Positions 56,904-64,000 of a stretch of DNA of 64,000 nucleotides are shown here, piece by piece (the first letter of the stretch is position 1; each line of letters opens with the position of its first letter). The stretch is from Anaerolineales bacterium (GTDB lineage Bacteria > Chloroflexota > Anaerolineae > Anaerolineales > UBA11579). The DNA is taken from NCBI GenBank assembly GCA_026129335.1, contig JAHCIH010000001.1:13441-77440 (forward strand), written 5' to 3'. A model generated the notes under the pieces. That model ran no database searches. It saw only the letters and a list, made by a program, of their open reading frames with translations, and was not told the DNA's origin. The position numbers were made by a program, and so were the translations under genes.

Positions 56904-56904
56904 T

Positions 56905-57843
56905 CTAGTTCTCGTAATGCGTGTGGCGCACCCGGATCGGCGTCCCGGTCTCTGCGCGGCGCACAGTTGCCAGGCGCAGCAGCGGATCTTCCACCGGCAG
57001 CGGCAGGTTGGTGCGGCGCACCATCACCACCTGGCGCGGCCCGGGGCGGGCGCCCATCTCGCGCAGGGGGCCTTGCAGCCAATCCTGGTAGGCGCGCAGC
57101 ACCACATAGACGGGCTTGCCGCGCTTTGGCCCCAGCCTGCTGAGCAATTCGGCCAGCGGCTGGTCGAACGGTTCCGCGTCGGGGTGCACGAAAGGCTGCA
57201 CCCAAATGCCGCGCGAGCCCTCCTCAACTTCAGCGAAGGCAACCAGTTCGCCCTGGCGATGGTAAACGAAACCATCCCGCGGCAGCGCAGGCTGCAACTC
57301 CATTTGCAGTACCTGCCCAGGCACCACGGCCTTGTGCAGCAGGTTGGCGGCCAGCTGGTCGCGCTCGCCCATCGGCCGCCATGCCGATTTGCCCTTGCGC
57401 GCCGGGCTGCTGGTCAGCCGCCAGACCCGCTGGCGGGTGTAGATGCTGAAGCCATTCTTGCGCAGCAAGCTCACCACCTGGTGGTTCTCATCCGCCTCGG
57501 CCACCAGGTGGTGCACGCCCTGGTTGCCCAGGTGGGCGATCATGCCGTCGAACAATTCCGAGACGGCCCAGGCATTCACCGCCTTGGCCGGGGCCAGGAA
57601 CAGGCAATAGGCCGCGCCGGAGTCTTCGGGGTGCAGCACCTGGGCGAAAAGTTGCTCGCTCTTGGCCGTTTTTTCGCAGGTGTAGGTGTAAATGCCGGTG
57701 AGCGGAGAAAGCGGAGAAAACAAGGCGCCCAGCGAAATAGAGCGGGTGCCGCGGGTGAGCAAAACTTGGCTATTCAGGAAAACGGCCCGCCGCGTGGCCT
57801 GGCGGAACTCTGGGTATTTTGTAATTGTAAAAGCGCTTACCAC
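56905..57843 (-). CDS. Hypothetical protein with two GNAT-like halves
   Basis: HHLVAEADENHQVVSLLRKNGFSIYTRQRVW and a second acetyltransferase-like half. Stop lies 1 nt from the R3H ATPase start. Confidence 0.5.
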   Translation of the reverse strand: MVSAFTITKYPEFRQATRRAVFLNSQVLLTRGTRSISLGALFSPLSPLTGIYTYTCEKTAKSEQLFAQVLHPEDSGAAYCLFLAPAKAVNAWAVSELFDGMIAHLGNQGVHHLVAEADENHQVVSLLRKNGFSIYTRQRVWRLTSSPARKGKSAWRPMGERDQLAANLLHKAVVPGQVLQMELQPALPRDGFVYHRQGELVAFAEVEEGSRGIWVQPFVHPDAEPFDQPLAELLSRLGPKRGKPVYVVLRAYQDWLQGPLREMGARPGPRQVVMVRRTNLPLPVEDPLLRLATVRRAETGTPIRVRHTHYEN

Positions 57844-57907
57844 GGGAACTATTCTACAACAGCGCCTTTCCAGCCGCAGGGCGCCGGATGTAAAGATTAT
57901 GTAATTC

Positions 57908-58492
57908 TTATGCGCCGCCGGCGAGCTTAAGGAAGTACTGGTGCAGGCGGTCGTCCCCGCTCAGCTCCGGGTGGAAAGAAGTGGCCAGCAGGCAGCCCTG
58001 CTGCGCGGCGACGATGCGGCCGTCCTCCAGTGTGCAAAGCACTTCGGCATTGCCGGAGACTTCCTCGATGAGCGGGGCGCGGATGAAGACCACGCGCATC
58101 GGAGCGTTGCCGGGGTCCACGGTTGCCAAAGCGGGGATGTGCAGACTGGCGGCGAAGCTTTGCACCTGGCGGCCAAAGGCGTTGCGCTCCACGGTGATGT
58201 CCATCAGGCCCAGCAGCGGCTGCTGGCGGCGGGCGTCCTTCGACAAGAAGATGGCCCCGGCGCAGGTGCCCCAGATGGCCTTCTCGCGCCCGAAGGCCTG
58301 CAAAGGCTCGATGAGGCCGAAATCCACGGCCAGCTTGCCGATGGTGGTCGACTCGCCGCCGGGGATGATCAAGCCATCCAACCCGTTCAGGTCAGCGGGT
58401 AGGCGTACCTCGCGGGTGGCCGCACCCAAGCGGGCCACGGCCGCGAGGTGTTCTGCAAAGTCGCCTTGCAGGGCGAGGACGCCGATGTGCAT
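57908..58492 (-). CDS. pdxT: Pyridoxal 5'-phosphate synthase glutaminase subunit
   Basis: HIGVLALQGDF, catalytic Cys in WGTCAG, 194 aa. Confidence 0.95.
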   Translation of the reverse strand: MHIGVLALQGDFAEHLAAVARLGAATREVRLPADLNGLDGLIIPGGESTTIGKLAVDFGLIEPLQAFGREKAIWGTCAGAIFLSKDARRQQPLLGLMDITVERNAFGRQVQSFAASLHIPALATVDPGNAPMRVVFIRAPLIEEVSGNAEVLCTLEDGRIVAAQQGCLLATSFHPELSGDDRLHQYFLKLAGGA

Positions 58493-58508
58493 AAAGGGGA
58501 ATCTCTAG

Positions 58509-58553
58509 TCTCTAGTCTCCAATCTCAAGTTTCCAGAGATTGGAGACTAGAGA
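58509..58553. repeat. Perfect 18-bp inverted repeat in the pdxS-pdxT spacer
   Basis: TCTCTAGTCTCCAATCTC (58509-26), 9-nt loop, GAGATTGGAGACTAGAGA (58536-53). Confirmed via the ORF translation GESLVSSLQSQVSRDWRLEIG. Confidence 0.85.
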
Positions 58554-58563
58554 TTGGTAGGTT

Positions 58564-59451
58564 CTACCATCCCCGCTGCGCAATCAACTCTGCTTCCGGG
58601 ATGTCGGTCACCTGGCGGCCGACCATCGGTTCACCCAGATTGCGGCTGACTTCGGCCAGGATTTCGGGGTTGTTGTAGTGCGTGGTGGCTTTGACGATGG
58701 CCTCGGCGCGTTTGGCCGGATCGCCGGACTTGAAGATGCCGGAGCCGACGAATACACCGTCCACGCCCAACTGCATCATCAGCGCCGCATCGGCCGGGGT
58801 GGCCAGGCCGCCGGCGGCGAAGTTGACCACCGGCAGGCGGCCCAACTCCTTGGTCTGCTTGACCAGGTCGTAAGGCGCCTGGATGTCTTTGGCGTAAGCC
58901 ATCAGTTCTTCTTCGGGCATGGTTTGCAGGCGGCGGATCTCGCCCAGTACGGTGCGGGCGTGGCGCACGGCTTCGACTACGTCGCCGGTGCCGGCTTCGC
59001 CCTTGGTGCGGATCATCGCCGCGCCCTCGCCCACCCGGCGCAGGGCCTCGCCCAGGTTGCGGCAGCCGCAAACGAAGGGGATCTTGAAGTCGTGCTTGTT
59101 GATGTGGTGCGCCTCATCGGCGGGGGTGAGCACTTCCGACTCGTCCACGTAGTCCACGCCCAGATATTCCAGGATCTGCGCCTCCACGAAATGGCCGATG
59201 CGCACCTTGGCCATGACCGGGATGCTGACCGCAGCCATGATGTCTTCGATCAGGCCGGGGTCGCTCATGCGGGCCACGCCGCCGTGGGCGCGAATGTCGG
59301 CGGGGACGCGCTCCAAAGCCATCACGGCGCAGGCGCCGGCGTTCTCGGCGATCTTGGCTTGCTCGGCGGTGACCACATCCATGATCACGCCGCCTTTCAA
59401 CATCTGGGCCAGTCCGGCCTTGACTTCAAAAGTGGCTACTTGGGTTTCCAT
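58564..59451 (-). CDS. pdxS: Pyridoxal 5'-phosphate synthase lyase subunit
   Basis: ORF trimmed to ATG 59451. LKGGVIMDV, full-length PdxS/SNZ pattern. Confidence 0.95.
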   Translation of the reverse strand: METQVATFEVKAGLAQMLKGGVIMDVVTAEQAKIAENAGACAVMALERVPADIRAHGGVARMSDPGLIEDIMAAVSIPVMAKVRIGHFVEAQILEYLGVDYVDESEVLTPADEAHHINKHDFKIPFVCGCRNLGEALRRVGEGAAMIRTKGEAGTGDVVEAVRHARTVLGEIRRLQTMPEEELMAYAKDIQAPYDLVKQTKELGRLPVVNFAAGGLATPADAALMMQLGVDGVFVGSGIFKSGDPAKRAEAIVKATTHYNNPEILAEVSRNLGEPMVGRQVTDIPEAELIAQRGW

Positions 59452-59523
59452 CACAGCTCCAGGAAAGGACGTATTTCGCAAAAAATTCTACCATGTGGGG
59501 TTATCGAACTGTGCGCGCTGCGG

Positions 59524-60081
59524 CTAGCTCAGACGCAAATGCATCACATGCCGGCGGCTGCCGGCCCGGCCGGTCTCGCTGAAACCTGCTTGCTCAAAGG
59601 CCGCTACGAAGCCCATGAAGCGATAGCTGGGCGAGTCCGGGTCCACCGGGTAGGCCTCGACGATGCGCGCGCCGCGCCCCCGCGCCGTCTCGACTGCCTG
59701 GCGCAGCAGTCCCCGCATGATGCCCTTGCCGCGCAGGGCACGCGGCACATAGAAGCAGGTCAGCGACCAGACCTGGTGCGCGGCTACGTCCGCATAGTCC
59801 GCGCCGCCCAGCGCATTGTGGCTGGGGCGCGGGGCAATCGAGCACCAGGCCACCGCTTTGTCGCCCTGGTAAGCCAGGATCCCTACCGGCGTCCCCGCCT
59901 GCACTATGCTCTGCAGGGCTTGCTTGCGCTGCGCATTGCTGGCCTTGTTGCGGTCACCGGCCAGCGGCCGCCAAGCCATGCACCAGCAGTAGCCAGGTGC
60001 GCCCTTGCTTTCGAAGAGCACGGCCATATCCGCCCAATTGGCCTGGGTTACTTCGCGAAAAGTGAGTGGGGGCTGCTGCAT
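59524..60081 (-). CDS. GNAT family N-acetyltransferase
   Basis: CWCMAWR motif family, RGKGIMRGLLRQAVETAR acetyl-CoA loop. Confidence 0.8.
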   Translation of the reverse strand: MQQPPLTFREVTQANWADMAVLFESKGAPGYCWCMAWRPLAGDRNKASNAQRKQALQSIVQAGTPVGILAYQGDKAVAWCSIAPRPSHNALGGADYADVAAHQVWSLTCFYVPRALRGKGIMRGLLRQAVETARGRGARIVEAYPVDPDSPSYRFMGFVAAFEQAGFSETGRAGSRRHVMHLRLS

Positions 60082-60159
60082 GCCAGCTCCTTCCTGGAGT
60101 GGAGGACGCTCATTCTACTCTTTGGGCCGGCCTCACAATGGTCGCCGAGATCGGGCAGA

Positions 60160-61005
60160 TCAACCCAATGGGACAAAGCGCGTATCCCCATCCAGGTCAT
60201 AGGCCTCTCGATAGGCCCGGCGCCGCTGGATGTATTGACGGGGCGTCAACCCAGCAAAGCGCTGGAATTCTCGATTGAAATGCGCCTGGTCATGGTATCC
60301 CGCCACCTGCGCCAAGGCGGCCCAGTCCGGGGCGCCGTCTGCGGCCAGGCCAGGCAGCAGCGCGGCGAAACGCAACACCCGGGCGAACTGCTTGGGCCGC
60401 AGTCCGACCAGGACAGTGAACTGCTGGATAAGGTGTTTGTGACTGACGTTCAACTCGGCGCTGAGCGCGGCCAGGTTAATGTTGCCGCCGGCCGCCTGCA
60501 TGCGGGCGACTGCGGCCAAGACCAGAGCCAGGCCGCGCCGCCGCGGGTCGAGTTGGGCACGCAGGAAGTCTTCCAGCAGGGTAAAGCGCAGCGGGCCGGC
60601 GGCTAACAAGCTGGCGTGCAGTTGGGAGGTTTTCTGGACCCCGATGATCTCGGTTAGGGGCACGACGCGGTCCGCAAAGCTGCTCACCGGCTGCGGGAAC
60701 AGGGCTGCCGCGCCACCCGGCTTCAGTCTGGCCCCGACCATGTGGCTGGTCTGCGATTCGATCGTGATGTAGCGGCTCTGCGGTCCGGCCAGCCAGGCGA
60801 CGGGATGCTCTTGATAGGCCTGCAGGTCCGCTCCCTCATACACTCGGTGGGGCTGGCCAAAGTTGAAGATCAGTTCCACATAAGGACTGGGCAGAATAAT
60901 CTCGCGCGCCTGGTAGATGGGGATATTTTGATACCACAGCGTCTCGACATAAAGGTCCAGCGGCGGGCCAAGAGCCTTTGCGCCACCCAAGTGAGCGATG
61001 GTCAT
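60160..61005 (-). CDS. AraC family transcriptional regulator
   Basis: ORF trimmed to ATG 61005, which overlaps the upstream stop by 4 nt. C-terminal HTH GYHDQAHFNREFQRFAGLTPRQY. Confidence 0.85.
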   Translation of the reverse strand: MTIAHLGGAKALGPPLDLYVETLWYQNIPIYQAREIILPSPYVELIFNFGQPHRVYEGADLQAYQEHPVAWLAGPQSRYITIESQTSHMVGARLKPGGAAALFPQPVSSFADRVVPLTEIIGVQKTSQLHASLLAAGPLRFTLLEDFLRAQLDPRRRGLALVLAAVARMQAAGGNINLAALSAELNVSHKHLIQQFTVLVGLRPKQFARVLRFAALLPGLAADGAPDWAALAQVAGYHDQAHFNREFQRFAGLTPRQYIQRRRAYREAYDLDGDTRFVPLG

Positions 61006-61505
61006 GGCGTTTGGGTTGGGCGCTGCAGCCAATTGCGCAGCGGTGGATAAAGCAGGGCAAACAACAAGGCGAGGATTGACAGGCCGCAGACGTTCAGGGC
61101 CCAGACGCCGAAGGCGGCCAAACCGCCAAGGCCCAGTTCCACCAGGTCGGCAGCCAGGGCAAACGGCCGGTAGCCCTCGGTCAGTGGGTCCAGCCCTGGG
61201 GTGGCCATGGCCGCGGCCTGGGCTGGGTTGATGAAGCTGCCCAGTAACACCCGACCCAGCATAAGGCTACTGACCAACCCCGCGCCAGCCAGAGGCTGCA
61301 GCAAGACCCCCAGCGCCATCTCGCGGCCCAACCGGCCGCGTCCCAGGGATTGAATGCGGCGCTGCACCCAATAAAAGAAGGCCGTCAGACCAAGGCCGGC
61401 GGCAAGAGCCAGCAACCAACCGGCCGGGTCGCGGGGAGCAAAGCCAAGCAGCGTGGGCGGTACCACCAATGCCGCTGCGACAATCAAGGTTCGGTCAAAT
61501 TGCAT
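61002..61505 (-). CDS. Hypothetical integral membrane protein (about 4 TM)
   Basis: ATG start, four hydrophobic helices, operon context. No family recognised. Confidence 0.5.
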   Translation of the reverse strand: MQFDRTLIVAAALVVPPTLLGFAPRDPAGWLLALAAGLGLTAFFYWVQRRIQSLGRGRLGREMALGVLLQPLAGAGLVSSLMLGRVLLGSFINPAQAAAMATPGLDPLTEGYRPFALAADLVELGLGGLAAFGVWALNVCGLSILALLFALLYPPLRNWLQRPTQTP

Positions 61506-61531
61506 GCCCCAAAATTATAGGCCGGTTTGCC

Positions 61532-63790
61532 TCAAGGCGCCCAGCCCATCACCTGCAGGCCGGGCAGCGGCAGCGTGTACACCTTGCAGTCACTTATATT
61601 CAAGAGTAGTGGCGGCCCCCAGGTGGAGCGGTTTGCGTCCAGCACGTTGACCAGCAGCCAGTCAGCACCCATCCAGGCCCCGGCAGAGAATTGAAGCTCT
61701 GCGTCAGATTCAGCCAGTACCCGCACGGCCCCCTGGGGCAGCTCGACCAGATGCAGGCTGTAATTGAAGCCGCCGAATAGTTGTTCGCCATAGGTGGCAT
61801 AGCGCCCATCTGGCGACAAGGTCGGGAATCCGCCCTTCACATTATTGAAGACATGCAAGCTCTGCGTGGCGCCGCTGTTCAAGTCCAAAGACTGCAATTC
61901 CGTGCCATTAGCACTCAGGCGGCTGACCACGATCTGTTGGCCCTCAGGCGGCCAGCCAGCCACAGCAACAACATACTGTGTGTCGCCGGGCACAGCCCGT
62001 AAGTGGCTGCCATCCGCATTAAGCACAGCCAAGCCGTCGCCGCCCAGCAGCAATTGCGCCCCATCCGGCGACCAGGCCAGCGGGCGATAGCGGTTGCCGG
62101 CCAATAACAGACGGTCCTGCCCACTGGTGATATCAAACAGGCGCAGGCCGTCGCGGGTATAAGCCACCTGGCCGCCATCCGGCGAGAGAAAGGCCGAGCT
62201 GCCGGTCGCGATGGTTTGGCGTTGAGCGTCCGGCAGCGAAATCAGGACCAACTCGGGCAGGGGACCGCCGGCCGAGAAATCCTGGACCAGCACGGTCCCG
62301 GTCAGCCACTCAAGCACAGCTGGCTGGGCATCTTGCGGGTAGCTCAAGCGACTAAAGCAGGCGCCGGATGTTTCGGGCTGGCTGGTTGTGGTTTGGGGGG
62401 CCGCATGGGGCAGATCGACCTGGGTCTCCCAGGGGCCTTCAACCACCACTTCCATATGGGACAGCTCAATCCGGCGCAGGCCGCGCGGCAGATAGTCATA
62501 GCCAATCATTTGGGTCATGGAGCCATCCCCTCCGCCGCCACCCCCGCCAAACAGCATCTGGCTCTGGTTGTCTGGGTCAATAAAGCCGACAGAGTTCAGC
62601 TGTTCATCCAGCTGTATCGTCAGCTGCAGCCCAAAGTTGCCATCCGCCGCGGCCACAAAGCGCGCCGTTAACACCTCAAGCTGGTAACCGTCCACGGTAA
62701 GGGTCTGGTTGAGCGGCCAGACTTGCTGATCTTGAGGGTTGTCCCCCAAATCAATCTCCACCACCGGCCTCTGCTCTGTGCTCAGCTGGCGTGAGGTGGT
62801 TACCGCTTGCAGGCGAAACGTCAGAGGTGAAGCGATCTGTGTCGTCTGGGTGCGAATGCTCCAGGTTTCTGATTTATTCTCCCAGTCACTGGAGTTATTG
62901 GCATAGTCCACTTCAAACAGCACGCGGCTGCCGTTGGCATCCAGCAGTTCAAACTCAGAAATTGAGACGAACTCATACGGCGTATCCGCCCAGGAAAAGG
63001 ACACGGGGAATAAGTAGCCGCCTTCGACCTCCACCAATTGATTGACCGAAAGACGGATTCCGTCCGCGGGCGGGGGTGTCTCTTGCGGGTTGTGCGGCAG
63101 GCGCACGATCGGGAGCACTTCAAAGCCCTCCGGGGCCGGGATGAAGTTGAGGGAGGCCTGCCAATCCTGCAGAGCATTGTCTGCGCGGGTGCCTGGCACA
63201 CAAGGGGCGACCAATGTGACCAGGCCCACGTCTGCCGGCAGGCTGGTTGTCTCCAAGTTGATCTCTCGCCAATTGAGCCCGCCGCCTCCGCTGGCATGGT
63301 AGCTTTCAAAGCGCTCGCCCTCCGGCGTAAGTAGGTACGGGTTCAGCAGGCAGCCCGCATCGGCTTCGTCGTTAGGCCACTGATCGGGATGAATGCCTTC
63401 GAAAAAGATCGTCAGCCGGGTGCTCTGGTCATCGATCACACCCTGCTCCACGCGCAGGGTGATGCCGTCGCGTTCAACCGTCACGGGACTTTCCAGAACG
63501 CGCAAGCCGCCTTCAGTCTGCACGAAACCGATGCCGGGGATGTATCCGCCCAACCAGTCCAGCACCTGCTGGGCCAGCACCCGCCCCGGACCGAGGGCCA
63601 AAACCACTGCCAGTAAGAGCGCCGCGGCGCCCAGCGCCAGCCCGCGCCGCCATGCCGGGCGGCGCGGCGGGGCGGCGGCCTCTGCCAAGAGTTGCTGGCG
63701 CAGGCGGTGAACAAAGGTTGCTTCAGCCCCCGGCGCAGCCAGGGTGGCGCGCACTTGCTCTTCAAAATAGGCAGCGGGCTGGTCACTCAT
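61532..63790 (-). CDS. Putative anti-sigma factor: short cytoplasmic N-terminus, one TM, large extracytoplasmic region ending in PD40/TolB-like beta-propeller repeats
   Basis: ORF trimmed to ATG 63790, which overlaps the sigma stop (ATGA). TM LALGAAALLLAVVLAL. DUF4179-like GITLRVEQGVIDDQSTRL. Repeated SPDG motifs (LSPDGGQVAY, WSPDGAQLLL, LSPDGRYATY). Confidence 0.6.
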   Translation of the reverse strand: MSDQPAAYFEEQVRATLAAPGAEATFVHRLRQQLLAEAAAPPRRPAWRRGLALGAAALLLAVVLALGPGRVLAQQVLDWLGGYIPGIGFVQTEGGLRVLESPVTVERDGITLRVEQGVIDDQSTRLTIFFEGIHPDQWPNDEADAGCLLNPYLLTPEGERFESYHASGGGGLNWREINLETTSLPADVGLVTLVAPCVPGTRADNALQDWQASLNFIPAPEGFEVLPIVRLPHNPQETPPPADGIRLSVNQLVEVEGGYLFPVSFSWADTPYEFVSISEFELLDANGSRVLFEVDYANNSSDWENKSETWSIRTQTTQIASPLTFRLQAVTTSRQLSTEQRPVVEIDLGDNPQDQQVWPLNQTLTVDGYQLEVLTARFVAAADGNFGLQLTIQLDEQLNSVGFIDPDNQSQMLFGGGGGGGDGSMTQMIGYDYLPRGLRRIELSHMEVVVEGPWETQVDLPHAAPQTTTSQPETSGACFSRLSYPQDAQPAVLEWLTGTVLVQDFSAGGPLPELVLISLPDAQRQTIATGSSAFLSPDGGQVAYTRDGLRLFDITSGQDRLLLAGNRYRPLAWSPDGAQLLLGGDGLAVLNADGSHLRAVPGDTQYVVAVAGWPPEGQQIVVSRLSANGTELQSLDLNSGATQSLHVFNNVKGGFPTLSPDGRYATYGEQLFGGFNYSLHLVELPQGAVRVLAESDAELQFSAGAWMGADWLLVNVLDANRSTWGPPLLLNISDCKVYTLPLPGLQVMGWAP

Positions 63791-64000
63791 TGGGGGACTC
63801 CATTTCAGCGTGTAAACGCGCCAGCAAGCGATAGACGCTTTTCTTGACCGTGTCCGGTTTGCGGCCCAGCAGCGCGCCGATCTCAACGAAGCTCAAATCG
63901 GCCACGTAGCGTAACTGCAGCAGTTCGCGCTCAGCCGCGGGCAACCCGGCGATCAACGCGGCGAGTTCAAGCTGTCCTTGAGCGGAAGCCGCCGCCAGTT
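63787..64000 (-). CDS. ECF-type RNA polymerase sigma factor, C-terminal part (5' end outside window)
   Basis: Minus strand translates to LPAAERELLQLRYVADLSFVEIGALLGRKPDTVKKSVYRLLARLHAEMESPQ*, a sigma-70 region 4 HTH. Confidence 0.8.

Noticed and set aside
56014-57930. 638-aa plus-strand ORF spanning two minus-strand genes
   Set aside because: It is a Ser/Arg/Ala-rich low-complexity translation that crosses a gene boundary of well-supported minus-strand genes, so it is a GC-driven shadow ORF.
58678-60606. 642-aa plus-strand ORF across pdxS, GNAT and AraC
   Set aside because: It is antisense to three recognisable genes and has no domain pattern. It is a shadow ORF.

Overview
High-GC bacterial chromosomal segment (about 63-66% GC by eye, not computed). 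I count about 63 protein genes and 2 tRNAs. Genes are tightly packed and many stop/start codons overlap. Bases 1-7000 are all plus-strand; from 7 kb onward about 85% of genes are minus-strand. Content is mostly housekeeping and central metabolism: glmU, cdd, mutS2, dnaN, gdh, gatB and gatC-gatA at separate sites, gmk, tmk, pdxS-pdxT, asnB, slyD, pepF. There is a methylcrotonyl-CoA carboxylase cluster, three MsbA-type ABC exporter genes, two S1C proteases, two crotonases, several GNAT proteins, and an ECF sigma/anti-sigma operon. Gene content (SpoVS, Ycf45-like R3H ATPase, GatCAB, apparent leaderless starts) suggests a Chloroflexota-like or similar lineage, but this is only a guess. I found no CRISPR array, transposase, integrase, phage, restriction-modification or toxin-antitoxin genes, so I cannot point to a defence or mobile system. 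The strongest signal not explained by genes is a 390-bp intergenic region at 38.4-38.8 kb. It holds six DnaA-box-like 9-mers, one a perfect TTATCCACA, beside a 60-nt stretch of about 23% GC; it is a candidate oriC or DnaA-controlled locus. Other observations: a leucine/itaconate-type CoA cluster in which CitE-like lyase and MaoC hydratase stand in for the classical enzymes, as in the M. tuberculosis locus, and which is interrupted by an opposite-strand 2-gene module. There is also a 14-codon uORF with a strong SD abutting an ABC exporter start, an 18-bp perfect inverted repeat between pdxS and pdxT, and a tRNA-Arg(CCU) with a weakened anticodon stem. Two single-gene low-GC islands carry a GT-C-like membrane protein and asnB. 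Several -10 boxes sit 6-9 nt from start codons, suggesting leaderless mRNAs. Some domain architectures are unusual: REC plus a Roadblock-like domain, a pseudo-receiver LuxR, and an HtrA-like protease with an RGG tail. Coordinates come from the ORF track. Sequence-level motifs were cross-checked against ORF-track translations where possible. All fold and domain calls are pattern recognition by eye, not database searches.
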